From Yuukianura sp. NJ FZ-2021 (taxonomy: Eukaryota), in assembly GCA_046563655.1 (NCBI GenBank), contig CM102288.1:434001-498000 (forward strand): 64,000 nt of DNA. Direction: 5' to 3'. The notes beneath the pieces were generated by a model. That model did not search any database. It was not told where the DNA came from and was given only the letters and a program-made list of their open reading frames with translations. Positions 49,260-60,877 of the stretch are shown here, in pieces. The position numbers and the translations under genes are program-made. Every line of letters starts with the position of its first letter. The stretch's first letter is position 1.

Positions 49260-51674
49260 TCATTTCTGTTGAGCTGCTTTTGAAATGTCAAATCCCACGT
49301 TTCGGAGGAGATTGGAAGTGGGTCCAGTAGGATGTTCTTGGGATTGGAAGGACTCCAGTAAGTTCGTTAGAACGTTTACGTCAATGTCAACCGGTTCATA
49401 GGTCGTACTTGGAACAGCATTTGCACCACCGTGTGCTCTCTGACTGTTGGTCTTCGTTTTCCGTTTTCTAGGAGGAGCTACAGGTCTGCTGGTTGACTGA
49501 AACGTTTTCCCAACTTCCGTTTCTTGCAATTCTTGATCCATGGCACTCATGAGTGCGTCCATTTCTGGATCTCTCCCGTTAACACCGCAGTACTTTTTCT
49601 CCAGTTCTTTGATTTTTACATTAGCTTCATCTTCTTCACTGGATGGTTCACTCAAAGCAAATTCCGTCAACGGTTTTCCTAGTTCTAAAATCCGGGATTA
49701 AAAAACACTCATGGAATGCTATTTTCAGGAAAAAAAAAAAACTTTTGTCGTATTGTACCAGATAGAAGTTTGTCCATCGCAGAAACAAATTCATCGGCCT
49801 GGAAGTCTAGTGGGTCCAAATCACCTTCCCCATTTTCATCCCCGTCTCTTTAAAAATTCAATTGACATTTAATTTTAAAGTTAAATCGAGCTCCATAAAA
49901 ACGATTGCACTTACTCGTTGGCCTCAACGCCAGTGAAGTCCGACATTTGGGACATGAACTCCTTCAACTTTTGTGGAATTTGGTCTAACTTTTGATCCGA
50001 AATTTTTGTTTTGAATTGATCTGCCAGGAGAGTCTCCAAACTGGCACCGTCCAATTCCAACCACGATTCATCTTCAATCACAAACCGAACAATTTGAATC
50101 TTGATATTTTGAAAAGATATTAAGTTAAACTTACCATCGTCCGGTAACGATTCTTCGCCAGTGCTAGTTAAATCCTGGGCATTCATATGTTGTGCCAGTA
50201 GTTCCTGAACTTCCCATCCTGCTTGCTCTTCAACCGTAGATTCCAGTTCATCCTTGACACTTGTGTTGAAATATGACTTAGCTCGTTCGTTCAGTTCCTT
50301 CCACTGTCTGGATCCTTCAACAAGATCTCTGTAGTAACCGTATCCCTTCAACTTGCCTTGGTATTGAAGCCAAGCTGGAGAAGATTCCAGGCTACCAGTA
50401 GGATCTTGTCGTCTCTTTCCCCGGTTCAACAGAATCTCAAAACCTAAGGTCTGGAATCGCAAAACAGAAGCAGATTAAAATAGAACTAGCTAAAAAGTTA
50501 AAATAAAAAAAAGCGATTCGTATAATATCTTACCAGCTTTGCTCCTAGTGAATGCGCCTTGAATTCTGGTGACTTGGGTAAAGGTAATTTCCAGTTGACT
50601 TTGATGTCGGGATAGTAATCGGCAGAAGACAGCATAGCATACAGAGTTCTTGTGAAACAAACACGTATTTTGACCAGATTTTGAATTGGACTGAAAGTAG
50701 GCATCAAGCGAACGGCCTATCGAGAAGCAATAGTTTCAACATCCGTTACAACAGCTAAAAATTAAACATTGAAAATGCTTGCAACCTTCATGTCGATGGA
50801 ATCCTTGTCATGAAAGACCCGAACAACAGGAGCAATTAAACTTGGTTTTGCTTGCAGCAGCATAGCAACTCTGGGCGGTACGACGACATTGACATGATGT
50901 AAGTGCTGCAAAATCTTCTCTGGATATTTCCCAATTCTCATTTGAATGGCCCTATGAATCCTGGAATCCGCAATTGTTTGCTTCGGGAACCTTCGGATCA
51001 GATCCAGCGCTGTTTCAGTTTCCAATGGTTCTTCGATGCTTGCAAGCACTTTTCCCTGGTCATCATGAACTTCTCCAACCAAATGTGTCTTCCCTTCATA
51101 AATGTACACCTAAAACAACACCAAGTTCAAGAAACCATGTATACCCAAGTGCTTAAAGTATTTGCCTACCCTATTCTGACATGCTTCATCCGATTCTGCC
51201 CATTCCGGAAGTTCTTCCGCGGCTTCAATAAGTAAAAATTCTCCATCCTGATCTACCACCCTGAAAATGAAACAATGAATCAGTGATTTTCAAATTCCTT
51301 TAATTGAGCAATTACTACAGTACGTTCTTGCCTAACCTGGCAATTAGTCCCGGAAATTTCAATGTCAGCTGTTGTAAAATATGAACAGTGAACCATTCGT
51401 CCTCAACGTTTATATCATATTGAAGATATCCATGGAAGAGACCACTTTTCTTATCCAGCTTCAACCGAAATGAATCCTTCTGCCACAAATAATTACCAAC
51501 GATTGATAAGGTTTCAATGTTCAATTTCACCAAGAGTTCCTCCAATGTTGCCTCGTCGCAACCGCCAGTACTTTCCAGTTCCGCTTTGCTTGGGAACAGA
51601 AAGTACTCCACGTAGGCCTCTTGTGCGGCTTTAGTAAAAACGTCCTTAAAACTTGCATGTGCTGATGCAGACAT
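49260..51674 (-). CDS. ecd: Protein ecdysoneless (ECD/SGT1 family)
   Basis: Multi-exon. Motifs EDEWFTVHIL, DGEFLLIEAA, FTRTLYAML, GYYRDLVEGS, NLLESFQSQ...GPTSNLL. Confidence 0.92.
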
Positions 51675-52038
51675 TGTCGTTAACTCTACTAATACTACAA
51701 TTAATTTTACTACGATACGATTAACTCAAAAACAATTAAAAACCAAACCAAATGTAAACAAAAGGTTTGATCGATTTGACTTTTTTATCTCTTTTTTGTA
51801 AATTGCAATCTCTTTGATATGAATTTCGCGCCTTCAAACATTTTGAGACTAGAGGAAAGTCTTTCCCCCAATGAACAAAACCCACAAATTAATTGACTTC
51901 ACTAATTAACAGCGCAGTTAACTAGCTAACAAAACAAATCAACTAGGCTTGAATAAGCGAACAAATTGTGTGTTGGGCATGAAAAAGATTTATTCACAAT
52001 CCTACCATAAAGTGTTAAATTAATTTTTAATTCTGACC

Positions 52039-53589
52039 TCAAGACATTTGCTCTTCAGAGTATTTGTTCATCCATTCTGGAGCTACTGCAGCAATCTTCT
52101 CAATGATTTGGTTTACGTCGTAACACAGTGACTGAATCTGTTTGTCCCAGTAGACAAGGCAGTCTCTTGCTTCAAAGTAAACAATCGATTCAATCTGGTC
52201 AATGTGTCCGGACATCCTTCCTTCAGTTATCATTTGGGACGCAATCTTCTCCGCCTTCTCTTGAGAAATCTCCAAGAGAGCTCCTAATTCCGAAAATCGA
52301 ATGTTGTTGTACAGTTTACTAGCTGCTAAAATGTTGTGCTCCACCACGGCTCTCTCCAGGATTGTCGATCCTGAATGAAAACAAATTATGAAAATGGAGA
52401 AAGCTTAATGATTTGAAGAATCTTACCGTCGGCAGTGACTGCTTTCTGATGAGCGACAAGCAAGTTTTCAAAGTCTTTGAGTTCAGTTTTGCGAATGATC
52501 CGTTCCAAATACATCTTCTCTAAGATGTTAAATGCGGGGAGTGTTTGGCATCGTTCGTCCTTGAAAAGTGTTCCAAGCATTCGGCTTCTCTGCTGTCCAG
52601 CTGGTGCTAACGTGGTACAAATCAGCGCATTCTTCAAAGCATTAATTCTTTCCTCTTCGGCAATAATTCCACGGTATGAAAGTTCGTTGTATCGCTGAGC
52701 AGCTTCAATAAATTTTCTGCGGAAGTCCAGAACACGAGCGTAACAAACTTTGTAGTGAATTTGTAGCTGTTCATCTCTGGATTCGTTCTGAAAAGGGAAG
52801 ATTTGAATGTAAATTGCCGTCTCCAATAAATTGTCAGCTTGGTACCTGTAAAAGAGAGGCGCGATTGATGAAGGCTTCGGCTTGAACTGCATCGTCATCC
52901 TCCAGATACAACCGAGCGATTCTCAAATACACATCCAGTTTGTAGTCGACAGTATACTGCCTACCAGAAAACGTAAATGCATAATACTTTTCCAAGCGAA
53001 GTGTCTGCAGAGACCTACTTTTGACCGGTCTCTAATGGAATTCCCGTCAGAACCTGAGCTGCTTCACGCCATTGTTGTTGGTTTTCGTAAATCTTTGACA
53101 AATGCTGTCTAATCGTTGCTACTTGTTCCTCGAAAGAGATTACCCTGGGCTGAACCTAAATAAAATCAAAGATTATACACAATCCACCTTCCGAGTAGTA
53201 ATGGCAAGTACATGTTATCGTTTACCTTCTCCAAAGTGTAATGCGACACTTCTTGTGCAACTGGATCAGGCAAAGTGGTAAGGATTGTAGCGATGTCCGT
53301 GAAAATTAATCTGGATACAACCAGGGAGACGCTCTCATTCACCACTATTCGACAAATACAAGATTAGCTTTGTATTTACAATTAAAATGAGCTCCTGAAT
53401 TGAATCAGATCCAGATGACTTACTGTGATCCACCAATGCCTTTATACTCATAGCCACTTGGTCCACTTTTACATCCTTCGCTATCATGTCAAGTACAATT
53501 CGGTAACGATCTGCCTGGTCCTTGTGGGATCCTGAAGTATTTCCCACAATACTCAGCAGTTGGGCCTTCACTTGCTCGTAGTCCACCAT
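52039..53589 (-). CDS. CSN4: COP9 signalosome complex subunit 4
   Basis: Multi-exon. [51 protein letters not shown], and the PCI domain [14 protein letters not shown]. Confidence 0.96.
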
Positions 53590-53718
53590 CGTTACACAAC
53601 GATTTCCTAATACAACACACCTCGGTATTCGTTAATTTATCAATTAGTAAATTGACAAATCAATTAAAACTTGTTGTTCAAAAAACCGAAACTTGAAATT
53701 GATTTTTTTTTCTTTCAA

Positions 53719-53922
53719 ACTATAGTTGGGGCAACCAAAATAGACCCAAGTTTTTCTAGAGGATACTCGCACTCACGCCCTTCTCCAACTGGCACCCGCT
53801 TCTCCACTCAACTCCAAAATGAACCTCCCATCTAAGAAGAGACTGCCACAAGCTTTACAGAGGTGTGAGTGCGAGTATCCTCTAGAAAAACTTGGGTCTA
53901 TTTTGGTTGCCCCAACTATAGT
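53719..53922. mobile_element. MITE/foldback element (204 bp) with perfect 58-bp terminal inverted repeats
   Basis: 53719-53776 is the exact reverse complement of 53865-53922, with an 88-nt spacer. Both ends read ACTATAGT. Confidence 0.88.
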
Positions 53923-54453
53923 ACATAATTTGCATTTCCGATGAGTTGTAGAAAGGGCTACTGACGGACGACCCACTCCACCAATAATCGTTTATGGGCA
54001 ACCAAAAATATTTCTGCTTCTTCTTTCTAATATTTCTACGCTTGATTTTTTTAATTAATTAGCAATTTATTGCTAAACTTTATCATAATTGCATAACAAA
54101 AACAAACCTTTAAAAAGGTGTCCTATTGTGTTATATTTTGAAGAGCTTTAAAACCATGATTAAATTTGAAGTCATATACTTACTCATTCATAATTTTCAG
54201 TTGTGCATTTTCCCAGTAATCGTTGGATAAAAAACCACTTTAAAATTATAATCTAATCTACAGCAATGAAAAGATAACGTGTATTAACAAGAAATGTGTC
54301 GTTCGATTTCGGAAGTGAGATTACCTGTCGGTTCAGAAAAATTAGACTCTTTCGAACATTTGTAAGAATTGGAATTTAAAATTCTTATTTTTTTTTAAAT
54401 CAATAGGCATAACTGAAAGAACATTATTTCGTATTTCTTGGAAACTTTTGAAA

Positions 54454-54852
54454 ATGTGCACTACACTGCACTTCCTTCTGGCAATAGCTGTAGCTTCAAT
54501 ACTTATGGTTGTTGACATGACAGACGCTTTGGCGACACAATGTGACCGATGGAGAGGAAACTCAGAGTACCGTTGTTCCAAGGACAACTACAAGGCTGAC
54601 AGTCTCGTCCTTACAAATCGAGTGGAAGGTCAAGTGAGCTACAGAATCGCTAAATGGAAGTCAGTTTGTGGTCAACCTGGCACAAACTATGAAAATTGTG
54701 AAGGGACCTTTGACCTCAACGATGGCAGCAGGATATACCACTTTCAAGCTGCGAATGAAGACATTTGTGAAGACTTTTTCGTTCATGATTGTCTTCTGGA
54801 CGGTGAAGGCATCAACTGCATTGATGTTTTAGTCATTTTTCCATCTGCTTAA
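54454..54852 (+). CDS. Uncharacterised small secreted Cys-rich protein (132 aa, uninterrupted ORF)
   Basis: Hydrophobic signal peptide MCTTLHFLLAIAVASILMVVDMTDA, then a globular region with 7 Cys. aaaATG start context; protein-like composition; AT-rich flanks. Confidence 0.75.
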   Translation: MCTTLHFLLAIAVASILMVVDMTDALATQCDRWRGNSEYRCSKDNYKADSLVLTNRVEGQVSYRIAKWKSVCGQPGTNYENCEGTFDLNDGSRIYHFQAANEDICEDFFVHDCLLDGEGINCIDVLVIFPSA

Positions 54853-55310
54853 TTTGCTCTAAATTTTTGAAATGTAAACTCTAATACGTATGACCTTTGA
54901 CCTTTGACTTCTGGCGAATTTCAGTAAACGTAATATCGAATGCATAACTTATATTTACTACTGTACCAAAACTTATTATCACATTCAGAGTTGATATAAA
55001 TTGTTCATGTTTGAAGAATTTTGGAAAAGTTATTACATAAAAGTATAAAAAAAATTATTACAACTATAAATTGAAATTATAAAAAATATAAAAATATAAT
55101 TTTTAACATTTTATAAAATGAAGCAGTTTGTGCCCATAGTTATTTCCCATGCAGGAAATGAAGACAGGTAGAAATGGGACTTTTAGTACTACCCAGAACA
55201 CAAACATTTCTGATTTTTGACGCTGATAAAGTAAAGTAAATCCATCAATTCTTTCAAAAGTCAAGAACGATTGATGGATTTTTAGAAACATCGACATTTC
55301 GATTTTTCCG

Positions 55311-55320
55311 CACGTCATCT
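55311..55320. promoter_or_regulatory. CREB3/CrebA/XBP1-type site (TGACGTG on the minus strand) upstream of oxt
   Basis: CACGTCATCT about 180 nt upstream of the oxt ATG. The identical 10-mer occurs at 60420-60429. Confidence 0.4.
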
Positions 55321-55490
55321 TTACGTAGAGCTTCTCTTGAGAATTGGGGAACGAAGGAGTGCTCTCCAGATTCTGGACAGAATGACCCTGGACATTTGGA
55401 CCTGGACAAATTAAATCCTTAAAACGGAGTTGAAACTGGCAACTTTTGTTGGTCACAGGGGCAAAGGTTAAGAGGATTCAGATTTTTAAA

Positions 55491-58400
55491 ATGATTGGAG
55501 CCGATAAAGCCCGGATGATCTTCTCTCGCTATCGCCATGTATTCGTTTTCCTCGGGGTCATTCTCATCGGACAACTCTTTCTAGGTCTTCGCCTAATTTT
55601 AATCAACGAAAATCCGACGTCACAGAAAATATCGCCATTCCCCGTAAGAAATTTAAAAAATCGATTTCGATTACATTCAATTGAAGTTTTTAAAATAGTT
55701 TTCTTTTTTTATTTAGCATGCTGACCAACGAGATATCAGAAAAGATCCTGTCAAGTCGGATCCGAAGTATTCCAAATTGCAAAACAAAAGTATTCCTGCT
55801 GGAACAGAGGTATATTGGTTTAAAAGTGACTGGGAGATCCAATTGTGTGCTAATTTAACCTGGACATTTGATTGACAGGAAACCAAAGTGCCTAGTCCTT
55901 CGTCGTCGTCATTTTTTCTGGAGGGATTGGATGTGTCCCCTTCATGTCAACTGCAAGTCGCTGGGAAAGATGCCGTTTCGGCAATTCGACGTGCAACGAC
56001 TCCTTATTGCAAAGAATACTTGGCAAACATGACCTGTCTTATTGCTACCGACACTTTCTATCCAAAACGACTGCCTCGGTTTTGCAAACGAGGAGGTGAA
56101 TATTTGGATTTTCCAACGCAAAAATTTGTGTTTTAAGTTAATTTTTATTTTATTTTAGATACAACTTATATGAAACATGTGGGATGTTTTCTGGATGACA
56201 AATCAAATCGTCTTCTCAGCGGCTCATATACTCTTATGAAAACCACCAATTCGCCTCAAAACTGTGTCGATACGTGCCTTCAGTCTGGATTTTCTTATGC
56301 TGGAGTCCAGTACTCGTAAGACCTCTTCAGTTGCTTGTTTAAACGTTCTTTCAACGTTTTTTCTTTCAAGGGTGGAGTGCTTTTGTGGAAATAACAAACC
56401 GTCTGTACCGACAATCACAGATTCTGCCTTGTGCAATATGAAGTGTCCTTTGAATCGAAACGATGAAATTACCTGCGGTGGTTACTTTGTAGTCGACGTT
56501 TACGAAACTGGAGCTTATCGTGGTAAGTAAAGCATATTCTAAACTTTTTTTAGCGATGTATTTGAAAGAAGTTGAAAATCGTTTGAACTTCACCATTACT
56601 TTTACAGAGACTGAAATTGAAGCTAATCGAAGAGTAATTGATTTCCGGCATGCTTCGGATGAAGTAATTGAAGAAGCTTCTAAAGGTGGAACAGCTCGCG
56701 TCGTATTTTTCTTAACTTTAAATGGCCGTGCTTATCGACAAGTGATTCGACTAATCAAGTCTCTCTTTCATGAACGTCACTTCTTTTATATTCACGTTGA
56801 TGCCGTGAGTTTACTAAATTCTTACTTTTAAAAGTACTGAATTGAGGTTAAGAAGGAATCACACATGGCAACGGGGGGTCTCGTTTCGGCTCTAATTAAT
56901 TAACTTTAGGGCCTTATAAGTATTCACAGGAATAACGCAGAAATGTGTATAAGGACTCCAAAAATTCGTTATTGCCAGTAGAATAAGTTATATTTCTCAG
57001 AATTTGCCTTTTTGTTGTGGAGTAACAACAAAAATTGCATACAACGTTTGTTTTTTTCTAAGAGTGTTGCGATACAAAAATTCGGGAATTTGGCAAATAT
57101 AACTTATGAGCCATGGTCTTCCGGATTTTTAGACACCTTAAACGCATTTTTAGGTTTTATAATAAGGCACTTATAAGAAAAAGTAGATGTAATTCTGACA
57201 TTATTCAATAATTTGCAAATATCGGCACCGAAATCAACCGTCTCCATGGGCACAAGGTTGTTGTTGAGTCCCAGGTTGTTTGAATTCCTATCCTGCGAAA
57301 AACTTTGGTTTGTCAATCATTGGAAACAGTGCCGACTTTTGCAAGTTTGAGCAGTGATTTTGCTTTGTTACTAATGACAATGGTTGACACCAAATCGTAA
57401 ACAAACGCTGCCTCTTATCCCTCCTTAAAGTTGTCAATTTTTGATTTGTTGCAGAGACAAGATTACATGTTTCGAGAATTGTTGGCTTTAGAACATAGGC
57501 TACCTGGAAACGTTCGATTTATGAGGGAAAGACTGTCAACCATTTGGGGTGGAGCCAGTTTACTTAAAATTTTGATGTCTGGAATGAAAGAGTTGGTTCG
57601 ATACAGAGACGAATTGGACTGGAACTGGGACTATGTTATTAATCTCAGCGAATCTGATTTTCCACTCAAGTACAGGAAATCTTTTTACCTGATTCCTGAT
57701 TTTTCAAAATTCATTTTAACTTTTTTTTAAACTTTAGAACGGTGGCCCAGCTCGAGACATTTCTGACGCTGAACAAGGGCAAGAATTTTTTAAAAAGTCA
57801 CGGTCGAGATGTTCAGAATTTCATAATGAAACAGGGGCTGGACAAGACTTTTGTGGAGTGCGAACATCGCATGTGGAGAATTGGAGACCGGAAGCTCCCT
57901 TTAGGTGAAAAGAAAAATAGAAGTGTGCCAATACATTTCACTCTTTTCAATTGCAGTTTCTAACTAAATTTGCACAGGGATCGTAATGGATGGTGGCAGC
58001 GATTGGATTGCACTTCACAAAGATTTTGTGCAATACATTGTCACGACTAAGGATGACTTGGTGAATGGCCTTTTGAAAATTTTTGATCACACCCTACTTC
58101 CGGCAGAGGTAATTCGAACTTAAATTAGAACTTCTTAGTATATCTACTAAAAGTAATTCTAAATTCGTTTTTTTCTTGTTTTACAGAGTTTCTTTCACAT
58201 TGTGCTCAGAAATTCCGAAATGTGCGACACCTTTGTCGACAACAACTTGCATGTAACCAACTGGAAAAGAAAGTTAGGATGTAAATGTCAATACAAAAAC
58301 ATAGTTGATTGGTGTGGGTGAGTACAGCATTTGTGTCACTTAGATCAAAAAGTCACTGATTCAAAATGTCAAAAGGTCAACATTTCTTATGTGTTTGTGT

Positions 58401-60067
58401 TCTTTACTTTCTAGGTGTTCCCCTAATGACTTTCGACTTGCTGATTGGAGTCGGCTCCAGGTTGGTTCATTTACTTGATCATAAAATGCTGGATGCGAAT
58501 GTAAAAGTAAATGTAAAATTCAGTAAACTTAAAGTTTAAATATATTTATTTCCAGGAAACTCAAGCAAAGCTGTTATTTTTTGGTAGAAAGTTTGAAGCC
58601 GTAGTGAGTCAATCAGTGATCAACCGACTAGAATCTCACCTGTACCCAGATCGATCTGACAGTCACTATCCAACTCTAAACAGTTACTGGCAAAGTATTT
58701 ACCACATTCACGATTTAACACCGAAGGCTGACGATGCATTCCTCACTCTTGGAGCCTCATTGTCCAGAATTGCAACTAGTCATTTCTATCAAGAAGTGCT
58801 AGAAGCACTAAATGTTGAACAACCACTGCAACCTGGAAACATAGCTGGAGTTAGTACAAAATTTCAAGAATTAAGTGTTTTTGTTCAGAATGACCGCATG
58901 AGCGGTATACTTGTGAAGTACGAAATTTATGCTGGCAATACTTTCCTGCTCTCTGCTGAATCTTGGTACAAGCTACAAAATTTTGTGACATTCGAACCCT
59001 GGAACACCGAAATCGACAAGTATCACTCGAAAATCCAAGTAAGTGGATCCATGTATTTTTCATGTTTGAGTATTTAAACATTTTTGTGATTTCGTTGTGA
59101 TAACGTTTGATGATTTCCAGCATCTTCAAGTTGGACGAGACTACGATCAAAAAGAACAAATTTTTCGAAATTTTGCTGGAAGTATCGGACCGTTAAGTGA
59201 ACCGACGTTGGCTTACCATGTTTATGCTGATGAAGCACTAAATCTTACTTTTGTTTGGATCAACTCTCTACAGTCAGTTCAAGCCGTTCAGAATTTTACC
59301 ATTGAAATTGGAATCACAGTCAGTTTCTAAAATAGTTTGATAGTTTATAGGTATCCCGCTTGAGTTGTTTTAAAAAATCGTTTTTTTTTTAAATTTTGTT
59401 TTTCAGGCAAACTTTGCTAAACCTGCTCTTAAAATGCCTCTCACTCCAGGAAATTGGACTGTAAAGATTCTTGACGATTCAGGCCACTTGGTAGCCCAGA
59501 CGATATTTATGGTATCGATGGCTGAATTTTATCATGGACAGCCGATTACGCAGTCACAGCACAAGTAAGAATCATGATATCAATTCAGAAATTTTTGAAA
59601 AGCATTTTCAATTAACTTTTACTATGATTCGTATTTGAAACAGGATTCTGAATGGACCTCTGTTTGCAAAAAGAGATGCTACTGGAGATACTTCGAATAC
59701 GAATCAATGGACACCAAAAATATTACATCCAATGATTGACGAAGAGACAAAAAGGTTTGCAATAACTTTAACTATTGGCGTACTTTTTAAATTTTGTGAG
59801 GATAATTGGTTAATGTGGTCATTCTGTTGTAGATTTTATAAACTTCAAGCCACTTGTTTCAATTATGCTGATCAAGGACAAACCGAAACTAAAATTTTGG
59901 ATTCACTGAACATCGTAGATGTAATAGAAGAGACAAAATTAAATACAGAATTCAGCTTTACGTTAAAAACGAAGCAGTGTGCGGATACTTCCTGGAGCAC
60001 TGCATTTCCTGACCCAAAGGCAACGATTACTGGAATTGATCCACTAACTAAGACTTTGTTACCGTAA
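55491..60067 (+). CDS. oxt: Peptide O-xylosyltransferase (xylosyltransferase oxt)
   Basis: Type II TM anchor, WSC domain (VGCFLDD...[13 protein letters not shown]...ECFCGN), and GT14/Branch domain motifs [91 protein letters not shown]. Confidence 0.95.
56848..57428. mobile_element. TTAA-flanked non-autonomous DNA transposon insertion in an oxt intron (Kolobok/piggyBac-like)
   Basis: TTAA at 56848-56851 and 57425-57428 with imperfect inverted termini (ttaagaaggaat...ggcaacg versus reverse complement ttaaggagggat...ggcagcg). Removing it shrinks the 650-nt intron to 73 nt, the local norm. Confidence 0.55.
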
Positions 60068-60877
60068 CTTAACGTTTTTTTTTGTTATGACTTTACCATT
60101 TCCTGACGCTTGTTTCAACTTTTCAGTCTTTCAATTTGAAAAGCTTTTTGGTAGATTTTTACTTTTATAGTGCCATTTTGGGAACGTTACCCATACACTT
60201 TTTGTGCTCAACTTACTTTGCATTTCACAAAGTACGATAACTGTTTTCTTGGCCCACTGCTAATCTTTTTTTTGTACTTAAATTACTTATATTATATAAT
60301 AAAATATACTTACATAATAAAAAAAAACTTAAATTAAACCTCGTCATTTCATTAATGTTCTAACTTTTGCAATAAGCATTTGGCGTTGGTACACGAAATA
60401 ACCTCCCCGATGTCGAATTCACGTCATCTCATCAGCTGTTTTCTGTTTACCTTTGGTTTTGCATCTTAAAACTTTACAATTTCGTAAGGTTGAATCTTGA
60501 TTAACATTTAAGAAAGTAATTAAGAAGAAGTTACGAAGTTCTTAGAGGCTACACAAACTTAATCGTTGCAGTTAAGTATGGTCAGCCCCAGTCATTACAA
60601 ATTGGAAACTCGTGTCTCCAGGAGTTGCTGTGTCATCGTGACGTAAATTTTACAACCCGTGACCGTGAGACCTTGTTGACCTCGCTCAAACTTATTTACG
60701 CACTGGCTCTTCCTGGATTTACTCAAAGTTAAACAGCGAAGTTAACACAGGTAAAGCATATACTTGACACTTGATTTCCGTCTTTTCTCTTGGGAAAAAA
60801 ACGTCCTTCACTGCGCTGTGCTGTTGACCTTTTCAATCAGTTCATAAATACTGTTACGATTTACGGACGATTTCCAA

